Origin: Schmidtea polychroa
Taxonomy: Eukaryota
Direction: 5' to 3'
NCBI GenBank assembly: GCA_044892525.1
Contig: CM097886.1
Location: 183,384,312 to 183,448,311, forward strand
Length of the DNA: 64,000 nucleotides
Shown here: one piece after another, positions 38,761 through 50,329 of the stretch
How positions within the stretch are numbered: the stretch's first letter is position 1
How the letters are laid out: every line of letters starts with the position of its first letter
The notes under the pieces: model-generated
Seen by the model: only the letters and a program-made list of their open reading frames with translations
Database searches by the model: none
What the model was told of the DNA's origin: nothing
Program-made: the position numbers and the translations under genes

Positions 38761-41589
38761 CCTGTTTGACCAAAGTTACTTCCAGCAACGGAACCGTGGA
38801 AAAGCCTCTACATTTCAGCCCAAAATCAGCTGAGGGACTGAAAAATCAGCCTATCCTCCAGCCTGAGCATCCCGAAGGTACTCCAAGCTATGGTATGCTG
38901 AATTTCCACTCTACTGTAACTATTTTTCATAAGAAATAAATATAAAAATTGAACCCAACAAAAGTTATTATTCAAAACTTAAAAACTAAATGAAAATTAA
39001 ACAATTAAAACGAACAAAATAAATTAACTAAATTGAATATAAAATTTATTTGCTTAAACATTACATTATAATTACACATTAAAAGAAAAATTCCAAATCC
39101 AATACCACGATGGCATAAATTCGAAAACTGAGAGCATGTTTTTACCGTCATGTGTTTACGCTATCTGAAATAACAAGTTGTGGTGTTTGTTGGCCGGTCT
39201 ATTTTCGTGATTATGTCAATTCGGCTTCTTCTTAATATCTCCATCTACGTCTCAACATTATTTTATTTAATCTCTAGAGGTAGTGGATTCATATCTATCT
39301 ACTAAAGTCAAATTCTTATTTTTTTATTTTCTTTTACACATGCTCTTTGAATAGCTTCATTTTATAAAAGGTATCGTATGTAAATGTTGGTTTTTATGAT
39401 CTTGATCAGTTCTTGACTTTGTTTCTCAAACTCCTGTTGTCGGTTTCTTTTTCTCTACCTGAGGCAACTGCCAGTTATCTGAATTTGGAGTTTCCATATA
39501 TACTCCCATAATCATTGTAATTGCTCCGTGTTTGACCTAATTGGTTTTTCCTTAGTTATTGTTTTCTAATAAGTTATTTCTGTTGACTCTATAATTAAAT
39601 CCCCTTCTTTTGTTCACCCTCGTTTATCCGACTGTTTAGATAATTGCCCTCTAAATTCTCAATATGTTTATTTACCCAAAATGCTGCGCTCGTTTTTCTT
39701 GTCACTCAGGTTCTCCATTGGTTCCGGTTTTCCATTAGCCAATTAATTAATTAATTAATAGTTTGTGTTTATTCATATTTGCCTATTTTTCAACCCTTTC
39801 TAAACATTTTCTAACAATTTATTGCTCAATGTCTTTTTTACCATTCCCAAATCTACACCTCTCCAGTTTTCCAGCTTCAATTTCGATAACATTTCACCTT
39901 TTCCACTTCCTCTGATTTGCGCATTTTTCTATTTTGTGTCTTATTGTACTCTTTTATAGTTCTGCTTTTGTCATATTCTTCTTTGCCATTAATTCTCCGC
40001 TTGATCACCATTCTCTTTCGTTCAATTTCGGTTTTCTTTTTAGTCGAAACTATTCAATTTAACATAATTTAATGAATTACTTTTACAACCTCAACATAAA
40101 TAATATTTGTAAATACTATATTAAGAATTTAAATGTAAGTATAATTATAATATAATTATATAATTGAAATTAATAGCATTATTGTAGAATGATGTCTTCT
40201 TGCTCAATATATTGTTGGCGTAAAATAATCCTCTTGTTTCAATATTGTGAATAACAATAAATATTTGAATTTCGAGTCTTAGTTAATTTAAATGAATACA
40301 ATTAATACTCGGTCAACACAGTCTAAAAATGAATTGGCTGAAAAATCTTACTTAAATATAATTTGTTTGAATGAATGAGTCTAAGATGTTTTATGCCTTT
40401 ATAACCTTTTATAAGAGACGTTTGAAAATAATAATAGTTCTTTTCTCACACTAGTAATGTTTTTATTAATTGTCTTTCATATTCTTCTCGTTCTTTTAGT
40501 TTTCTTTTCCAATTCTTTCCTTTCTCATCTTCAAAAAATCTCGAAGGTATTTTTTCATCGAAAACGGTATGCTTGTTGAAAAGACAGTTGATTGCCCAAT
40601 TGAAATGCTTGTACAATAGTTGTTCTTCTCTCTGTCTATTAGAGATATTAGAGAAAAATGACAATCAGAATAAACCTTTCTAAAAATGCTTGGCAATTTT
40701 TCAATGAATCTTAAAACCCTTTTTTTATATTTAGATAGTTACAAAATCGCTTACTTGTTGATGAAGCCATGATCAATTTGATGAGCTTTTGAATAGCTAT
40801 TAAATAGGGACTTTGGTTAAGCTTGCATGAGAATGATCAAAATTCAATTGGTATAAAAAACTTTGTATTTTAAATTAAAACAAATATTTGCACAAATACT
40901 ATGGAGGAAAGGTCTTAGAAATAAGTCATCTGATAAATATTTGACCCTGGAGTTCATTATTAAAATAGCCACCAAAGATTGACTTACCTATTATTGAATT
41001 ATTTTGATGCTGATTACATATACAAGGTGATTCATATTTAATGACCACAATGAAACCACGAAGTAACTGGGAAAATTGAAATCAAATCCAATGAGCGGGG
41101 CGTGAAACGAAAGCTTAAACGACAAAAAGAAGATGAGTTAAGATTTGCTTATTGATCATAATGATATTGGTTCAACGTAATTAAAAGAGCTACTGGGTAA
41201 AGAACTATCAGTTAATATCGGCGTGACCCCCAACATAATTACCTCTGAACATGTACATACAGACAATACGGATTGACACAAAGTTTCAAGGAAAGCGTCA
41301 ACGAATTACTAAACCACATTTTCAACTAGCCTCAAATTATCAGTTTGATAATAAGGAGAAACAATTCAAGTTTAAGGTTTTTCATTTTGTACTGGACAAG
41401 ACCCATGCTCAAATTAATCAACGTTTTACGGATTTCGCAATGTGACAAATTTCTTTGGTGTACTCGAACCAAAATATATAGTCAAATTATCAACAGTATC
41501 CGGAGGTTATATTTTCTGAGTTTCACACCCAGCTTCTGAATGTTATCTCAATTGTGAAGAATCAATTGAAGGAAAAGATATAAATTAAA

Positions 41590-41881
41590 ACATTTGCGGA
41601 ATTACTTCTTGCAAAATATAGCTTTTTAGAAAGTGAATTTTCGGAAATCTTTATAGCTTTCATGTTGTTTTTACACTTTCTGTTACAGGAGCTTCACTAT
41701 ACAGAGAGGGGTATTTAGCAAATTCAACATTATCAAAGATTACAAAAGAAATTCTATTGTCCAAACTAGACTACATGATCTTGCTATCCTAAACATGGAA
41801 CATGCAGAAGCAGATAAAATGGATCTCAAAGACCTTATTAGTGATTTTGCAAATATGAGAGCGAGGCGAGAACAATTCTAG
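41590..41881 (+). mobile_element. hAT transposase C-terminal dimerisation-domain remnant
   Basis: FSEIFIAFML..SVTGAS..FSKFNIIKDYKRNSIVQTRLHDLAILNME..DLISDFANMRARR resembles LPVTxASxERSFSKLKLIK..RL..LAIL. Confidence 0.75.
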
Positions 41882-43526
41882 ATAAATCATGGTGGTGTGT
41901 GCTATGTGCCATGTTTAATAATAAATAGTTTTTATTGTTCTATCAATCACATTAACAATATACAAATTAATGTTATACTATTTATTCTCCTTCCTTCTAA
42001 TCAATGTAGCCAAACATCCCGATTTCACCGGAGGTCTCCCGCTAGGAAAGTATATTTTCCAACTCCCGATATACATGGGAAAAGCTCCCGTTTCCTAAAT
42101 TATTTTTTTCCAGCAATTGGCATCACTTAACATTTTGAAGTGATGCCAATTGGGTGAAAATGGTGATCTCTTTTTGTCATTTTGCACATTTTGTGTTTTG
42201 CCTATAAATATTGCTCCGACATCTAAATTTACTTACTGATGTATTCCCAGAAGCTAAATCAATTAAAATGATCGCTAAGTAACAAAATATTAAATAAATA
42301 AAGTGATACAATTGGAAGCTCAAATTATAATATAATGAATTAATATAAATAAAAACGATATCATATATAAAGTAAGTATAAGCTACAAAAACTTAATATA
42401 TTAATATTGAATTGTGTAATGATTTTCATTTTTTAATAAGACGTACTAATTATACCCCAAATGTATGATTCGGATTTGGAATGGTTTGATTCTGACGAAA
42501 ACAGAGGAAATATGAAAAAAAGTTGAAGTATACAGTAAATTTCAATCAGAAATGGACAAAATCATATGAACGTATTCGCTAATGCGGTGATCATTACTTG
42601 TTCATTTTGTAATAATTTAAAAATTTCTACATTAGATGGTGCTGAAAATGACATAAAAAAACACATAAAACGGCTAGCAATCGATCCTATATAGTGTTGG
42701 TTACCTAGGGAAATGTACGACTCTTAGGACGAGTTTTCCTCAAGTATCCGTCACGACTTAGCAGTAATCTCCTACATGTGTGCCCATGATGATGAGTCAT
42801 GTTGGTAATGCGCACATTGGTCGGAACTTATGAATAGGTGAGCCCCTGTGTTAGGACTGCTCATTTCAGACTTAATATCACACGTCTCGCCATCATGCCT
42901 CTATTTTCTTATCTCCTTCCTTTAGTTGGTCATCTCATTCGATCTCCATAGATGTCGGTTTTATACCCTCATCTTCACATGTCCGTGCGATTTCCCAGTG
43001 TCCTACCAAAATTTTTGACATTCAACTATTCTCTTTCTTACTCAATCCAATTTCTAGTGGCTTTACCGCTGAAGAAACATTTCCTGACAATCATTTCTGA
43101 CAATCATTTACTTGCGTCAAGAGAAAAGAACTTAGTCAAAATCATTTGAATAAATTTTATTGAATTATTGAAATATACATAATGACTTGTAATAAATTAA
43201 TTAAAATTAAATAAAAGAATATTTACATTTTTCCTTAATATTCAGTACGATTCCAAGATTTGTTAATATCGAAGAGTTCGGTTAGAGTATCGTTGGGCTG
43301 TCCGGTGGCTAAATCTGTTTTTGAATTTTGTAGAATTATACAAAGTTATTAACAAAAATTTTTAACTGTTTTTAAATTTTGTAGAATTGAGGGAATCAAC
43401 CAAGTGTTTGTTTATATTATGGTTGGAGGTTTCGGTGTATTATATTCTATATGTTGGATTATATTCTATATTATATTCGTGCTGGTGAATGTGTAAAGGT
43501 GAATGTGTGTAGGAGGAAATCTGGAG

Positions 43527-44192
43527 AGCCCGATAGAGTCACCATTTTGTAGAAATGTTTTGTAGAAAAGGTACAAAATAACAGTTAAATAAAATTACGA
43601 ATTTTATTAATCAAAAAATAAATAATACTTCAGAGAATCGTCAGGTGGCGGTGATTGGACTGATTTTTGTAATAGATATGATATCAGAATTTGGCAGAAC
43701 AATTGATTGCGAAGATCCAACGCTTGAAATTTCTTCGATTAATTTTCAGATAAATTCGCTTATCATCAAAAATATATCTATCACACGATCTCTTTCTTTA
43801 ACTTTGAAGTTCCCGATTTCTTTATTGTAGCAAATGTTTGTGTTTCCTGGGTTTCAGAGATATGTTTTTTTATTTCAAATATTTTCAAATGTCCAAAATC
43901 TCAAAATTCAGAAGTTTCAAAATTCTATTCAAATTCAAATCGAAGCTGGGTAGTAATTCAAATCACCAGAAGTTTCAGAAAACGATCTGTATTTTAATTT
44001 CCATCTTTTCAAAATAAAATCAAAATCTCAGTCATAACAAAATCATATTTCTATAAGTTATATTATTATCTTTAGTCAATAATTTTTTATTTTGTATTTG
44101 TTCAATATTTGTATTCCATTTTCAAGCGCGACAAATGGACAGACGTCATGTACCCTTACTTAGAAATAAAAAAGAATATGACTGTACATTAC
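43527..44192 (-). mobile_element. Possible old LTR with an adjacent PBS-like sequence
   Basis: The minus strand reads ..TACA AAA TGGTGACTCTATCGGG; the far LTR end is a guess and no TSD was found. Confidence 0.3.
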
Positions 44193-44997
44193 AGTTTATA
44201 TAGTAAATTTGGTCCAATCAGGACTTAGCTTGTGTGTAAAATAATGTTTTATCCTATTTTTTGTGATTTTTAATCATTTTCTGAGTTATTTGTTTATTTT
44301 TTCTTGCTATTTTATTAAATAATTTAATTTTTTATTTTTCCTCCTATTTTCTGCTTAGTTTTGCTGATTTTTTGGTTTCTAATTTTGATTTAATTTTCAT
44401 TTGTTTCAATTTATAGTTTTTCCTTTTTCTAATATTTATCTCTTTAATGTTATTTTATTCTCTTGATTTTTATTTATTTTTTCCTAATTATTTTGTCTTA
44501 ATTTTGTGGATTGTTAACTAGTTTTGTTTATTTTTGATCTGCTTATTGTTTGATTTATTTTCGTGGTTTTTGTTTTACTCTTTTTATTTTATTGTTTCCT
44601 TTTATTTTTCGATTTTTCTTACACTTGGTTGATTACCCCAATTCCTTTTATACAGGTTTTTTTTAATTAAGTTAATATTTATTATGATTATAAATTTTCT
44701 AAAATTTAATTATTACCGTTTTCAGCCCAACAATAGCTGCATCGGTCAATTCAAAGAAGAACTTCTTACATCGGCAGAAGTGGCTTTTTGCGACCATACA
44801 ATCATGCATTCACACAGCTTTTTATCACGCGATATTGCTGATTCAATATTTTCGGGGTTGTTTACTGATTCCAATATTGCATGAAAGAACAGTTGTGGAA
44901 GTATCAAAATATTCAAAATTTTTAGTAATGTTTTGGCCTCGGAATCGAAAAGAAGAATTTAGGAATAGTTGAAAGATGATATTACATTTTCTGGGAG

Positions 44998-45995
44998 TGT
45001 TGGGGTTCAGTAGGAACCAGAATCAAAAGTTTAGAATAATTACTAAAAATAAATAAAATTAAGATTAAAATATAAAAAGTAATAAATAATTACTAAAAAT
45101 AAATAAAATTAAGATTAAAATATAAAAAGTAATAAATAATTACTAAAAAATAAATACACAATAAAAATAGTAATTAATAATTACTATTAATAGATTTGAT
45201 ATAACTAAAGTCGTATAAATACCAGAAAAATTTCATTGATCGAGGAGGGAAATCGAGATAAGTGAATTTAAGAAGAAACCACAGGAGCTAAATTTAGAGA
45301 GAACAAAACTTCAATCCGATTGGATAATTTCAACAAAAAATCAAACCGATTCTGGAATCTAACTAGTTTAGGAATTTTAACTATAGTCATTGAGCGAGAG
45401 AAAATTAATTGGAATTTTACTTCATTTAAAACTTCTATCCGATTTGGAAAATTTCAAGTGATATTAGATATACCGATCAATAGGAATAAATTTTGAATAT
45501 TCATTCTTTGGAGCCATTTTAGAGAGAGATTAAATTAGTTAGTTTTATCAATTATTTAAATAATTATATTAAGACTTTTTGTTTAAATTAAATTAAACTT
45601 AAATAAGGGGAATAATAGTGTCAGCACGTATTTTGTGTTGTTTCGCTATTAATACTTATTTGAAAAAGAGTTAACCAATTTCTGGGTTGACTCTATCGCG
45701 TAAAATTTGGTGATCTTCCCTATCTTTTTTCCTTTCACTTATATCGGGCTGTTGGCGCATTTAGGGCCAGCCTTGATTCGTAGAAATATTCTTCAGGGCG
45801 GTTTGCATAACCGTTTTCTTTTCTTCAGAGAGCAGCGTGAATAATTTGTACAAATAAACAATCGTGTAATTTTTATCATTAATAAATATTGTAAATCATA
45901 TTTCTTATTTATTACCTATACGCATAAATTATTTATTTGGAGTCAGATAGAACGTTTTTTGTGTTAGTTCGACTACCTACCTATCGAACCTAACA
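44998..45995 (+). repeat. 5' LTR
   Basis: TGTTGGGG...CCTAACA; internal 50-bp tandem duplication at about 45051-45150; I saw one substitution versus the 3' LTR. Confidence 0.97.
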
Positions 45996-45998
45996 TTT

Positions 45999-46016
45999 TG
46001 GTGAGCCCGACGTGAT
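45999..46016 (+). promoter_or_regulatory. Primer-binding site, tRNA-Trp
   Basis: TGGTGAGCCCGACGTGAT, 3 nt after the LTR; 17/18 match to the complement of the metazoan tRNA-Trp 3' end as I recall it (TGGTGACCCCGACGTGAT). Confidence 0.85.
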
Positions 46017-46095
46017 AAAAATTATCAGCGGGTAGATATTGAAATAAAACAAAATAGCGTTAGGAACTAGAGCCAGAGTAAAACTGGATAATCAA

Positions 46096-47716
46096 ATGGC
46101 AGAGGAAGCTAATGTAAATGCATTTGCCAGATATCCCGCTCTGCCCGTAAAGGCATTCAGCGGTGATCCAGGAGAATTCCCCGAGTTTATGTCTGAATAT
46201 TATCAGATGGCCAAAGCATATGCCTATCCAGATAATATCATGATACAAAGGTTACCTATATATTTGAAGGGGCTGGCAAGAGGAAAAATATAACGATATA
46301 ATGGCATTACCAGTTGCTCAAGCACCAAAAACATGGGCGGAAATGAGAGAACAAATGACTGCCCGAATATTGCCCGGAGATGTGGGAAGAATATTTAGAC
46401 AATTTTATCATCGAAAACAGAATGCCAATGAACATGTGGGGGAATTTGCACACCAGCTATCATTAATTGCTGAAAGAGCATTTGGACCAAAAACCACATG
46501 GGCAAAACCTACAGAATTGTTAGTTAAGGATCAGCTATGGGCAGGACTTACTCCTACTATGAGGAACGCTCTAATATTACATACTAGTGATGATTTTGAC
46601 GAATTGACACGGAAAGCTGTCGTAATTGAAAGCAGCTTGGAAAAGTCAACTATGTTCCTGGTAAACAGTGAAAGAACACCGGTGGAGTGTTTCAATTGCC
46701 ATAGAAAAGGGCATATAGCGAAAGATTGTACCAGCAGGAAAAGTATGGACAATCGCAAAAGTATACAATGTACCAAATGTGGACGGAATAACCACGGTGC
46801 GGAAAATTGTAGAGTGCAGAATTTGCAATGCGAAAAATGTAAACGTAAGGGACATGTTGCTGCGGTCTGCAAGACTAGAAGTCCTCAGAACAGCAATAAT
46901 TTTAGTACAATTAAAAGAGATGATGTAAATTCATCAGGAAAGATAAAATGTCACGGATGTGGGAAATTCGGACATATGATGAGGTCATGTCCTCAGAATC
47001 AGAGTGGAAATACGGGTCAGTTCAATAAAAATACCGATAAGGGTAATGTGAACAAGCCTAAGACAACTTTTATGGTTAACCAGGATCAAGGGTTAACTTA
47101 TCTGCAACAACTGGAAATGGAAATCCATGAGGAAAAGAATAGGTTGGCTAGATTAACCGACCAAGAAGGTACCATCTTTATGGTAGAAGTTGGAAGAGAT
47201 GAATTTCTCAGAAAAAAGGACTCCGTTAGGGAGGACCTTCAGGAAACGGAATCAGAGGAGAGTTCCGATGATGAACCTAGTATGGCCACCATACCAAGCG
47301 AGTTCGATAGAACCTTGCCAGGGAAAGCAAAGGTAAAAGAAGGGTCAGATACCCTAACAAAATGTTTAAAACTGGTGGATTCCAGATATGAGTACCAGCA
47401 GAAGCTGGCCAGACAATTGGGAAAATTGGGAGAAACAGAAATTAAAATTCATGAAATAGATACAGTAGTAAAACTGATATCGCAGGTCGAAGATGATCCA
47501 AAGTATCATAACAACACGTACAAAATCCTAAGGAAATTAGGAAAACTCTTGGAACGTGAGTGGGATCTCCAAGATGCCCAGCTCAATATAAAACTCCCAC
47601 AGGATAAAGAGTATAATCTCGATATAAATGTAAGAAGTCGAGCCGATAAATTAACGGAAGCATTGGCAAGTACTAAGCATCAAGGATATACTTATACTTA
47701 TGTGGAACAAAACTAG
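46096..47716 (+). CDS. gag: Gag (capsid-like region + 4 CCHC knuckles + helical extension), frameshifted at about 46285
   Basis: FSGDPGEF..LPIYLKGLARGK joins YNDIMALP if one A is removed from an A5 run; knuckles CFNCHRKGHIAKDC, CTKCGRNNHGAENC, CEKCKRKGHVAAVC, CHGCGKFGHMMRSC. Confidence 0.9.
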
Positions 47717-49197
47717 AAGCAAATCAAACACTTCTACAGAACGGGATACTCCCAGGTAGAGTGACGAAGCTCACAGCAAAGAGAGCACAGAAGCCAGTAG
47801 CAGTAATGGATCAAGATAGCGTATTCTTGATTACTCAAATGGAAATAGAGAGTTTGGAAGAAACTCAACAATTAACCCAGCGACTAGGGTTGGAACTGCA
47901 GAAATCCCCACGAGATGGAGAAACTATAAAGGAAATACTTGACTGGATGTTAGTATTACGAATACCAGTAGATTTGTTGGAAGCAATAATTCCACTTATA
48001 CTACCAGTAGTAAAGGAAACAAGCCCATTCCAGACGCAAATTGAAGCGCTGATGAGGAAAAATGGGAAAGCTATCCGAAGTCAGCCTGATAGACAAGGCA
48101 ACATTAATCTAGACGTGCGAATGATGGGAAAAGAACCATTAACAATGATTTATAATTGTTATATCAAGGTTAAAATATTGAGGAGAGATGTAATTGCCAC
48201 CGATCAAACTACAGGTATATTCCTGATAATGGTTCATGGCAGGCAAGTGGATGATGATGAATATCTAGTGGATGTGGGTTGTCTACCGTTGGCAACAACC
48301 ACGGTAATGATCATCCCGGTAACTCCACCCGAGTCCCAATGGTCATTAATGAGACTGCCAGATATAGCAAACGAAATTGCGGAAGAAATCGAGGAAATAA
48401 GACTAGAGGAAATTAATCCCTGTCAAATGGTGGACATTGACGAGGAAGATTACTTCTCAGAGTACGTCAGATTAAATCCAGGAGAAACAAACATAGGAGC
48501 TACTACGTCACAAGCTATAACAAATCCGGAGACTGAAAAACCTCCGGAGAAAGTGAAAAAAGATGGACGAGGACGTCCCAGAAAGGATCAAATGAAACCT
48601 TCACCCAAGGAGCAGTTAAATCCGGAAACGATTCGGAAAATTCAGTTAAAAACATTAGCAGGGATAGCTCAAGAAATGGACGACCAGGCGGGAGATGAGA
48701 CATCGTCAGAAAGGTCGTTATTGTGGCAACGTATACAACAAATGATCGGGATTATCAGGCCCGAATGGAGAATTCCAAAAACCAAGGGGATCGAAGTTAA
48801 GAAGATAACAAAAGAAGTCAAAAAGACAATGGATAGGATATCCAAAGATGTATCAACAGGAGATATTCAGGATACCATAGAAGCATTCGTACAGCAAGGA
48901 TTAACAAGAGGGAAAGTGTTAACATCGCTATCATTGTTAATTCAAAATGCCTTAGCCCGAGTAGGGGACGATAAAAAGCTTATAGAACGAGAAATCGATC
49001 AAGTAGTCGAAATGGTAGATTATTACCTGGAGGTATGGATGACCGTAAACAAATTTTGGGAAAAGGAAATTATTCCAAAACCACGATATGAAGTCATGGA
49101 AGAAGCCATAAATAATGGTAGTTCAGGCACAGGAAACATGACAAGCATGATCCTGATGTTTCTAGTAATGATGGGCATATTAAAACAAACAAATTCA
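47668..49197 (+). CDS. Unknown element-encoded protein with an AT-hook, ending in a signal-peptide-like segment
   Basis: Open frame of about 510 codons; GRGRPRK at 48565-48585; hydrophobic MILMFLVMMGIL at about 49147-49182. Confidence 0.65.
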
Positions 49198-50060
49198 TTA
49201 ACAGTATTTGACTGTGGAAATCTCGGGTATATTCGCTAGTAGATGCAATTGAGTGCAAAGAGGCGTATCCCGAGAAGGTTCATCAAGGGGAAAAGGTAGA
49301 ATATTACGTCTACCAGGAGAGTGAATTTTATAGAACCACGATAAAGGAATGTAGAGTTCAGAGGGCTACATTTGAATATTATTGCGGTAGTAATAGCTAT
49401 TCTGCTTTTCTGTCCGCAACATTAATACCAAGGCCGGTAAACATAATGCCCGAAGATTGCTTAGATGCATTTCGAAAAGGAAGTCTGAGGATAGACAACG
49501 AGGTATCAATCTCAGCAGAAACTGGGAAAACATTGGGAATAACAATCACTCGAGGAGGAACAATTGCCTCAGTTGGAACCTGCGAAGGAAGAAAGAAAAT
49601 TCGCGGTAGCAATTTAGTTTCCTATGTGGTAGACATAGAAGATTACTCAGTAGAGCTACGAGAATACGAGGGAACATACTCCCGACGATATCGAGGAAGC
49701 AAGAAGGACATTGCTATTCCCACAAATCAGAGACAGAGGTATCACGGAAATTATAAGAACAATTTATCATGAGAGCTTAATACGACCAGATTACAATTTA
49801 TTATTTAGACCGGAACACTATAAAGAAGCAGAAAGAACGTAATGATGAAAATATGGGGACGATTCACCAATTTTGGTATTTTCGTCGCGGGATGTTCAGG
49901 AATTTACGCAATATTTGTAATTTTAAAGCTGATAATTACACAACTGATGTCAACATATAGCATATTCAAAATTGGAGGATGGTCATGGAAACTGCTATTA
50001 GGACTATGTCCTATGTGTGCAGAGTTTGCATTATTCAAACATCACAGAAAGGAAATTAAA
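49198..50060 (+). pseudogene. Chuvirus-like viral glycoprotein (env-like), internally deleted and frameshifted
   Basis: N-terminal LTVFDC..YSLVDAIEC..YVYQESE..KECRV..YYCGSNSY..C..GTCEG, then in other frames TPDDIEEARRTLLFP..KIWGRFTNFG..IYAIFVILKLII..GGWSWKLL. Both ends follow the Cys and TM pattern I recall for chuviral glycoproteins. Confidence 0.75.
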
Positions 50061-50329
50061 GAAATTAGACAGAAACATTTGGTCAAGCATGAAGTAATTG
50101 GAACAGAAATGGAAGAGTATTCTAGTTATCGGGACGATAACAATTCAAAGGGAGGAGGTAATGGAGGCTCTCGTGAAACATCTTCAAGATCAAATCAATC
50201 ACGAAAACAGAACTACAACAAAAAACCGAGTCAGCAACAAAGAAAATCGAGATTTAAGGAATATCTTCCTCCATATGACCAATCAAAGGAAATCTATGTG
50301 AGAAAACAGTCCTCAGAAGGAGAATATGA

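Noticed and set aside
39880-40075. Dispersed repeat shared with about 60130-60310
   Set aside because: The similarity is real, but no termini or coding motif identify it
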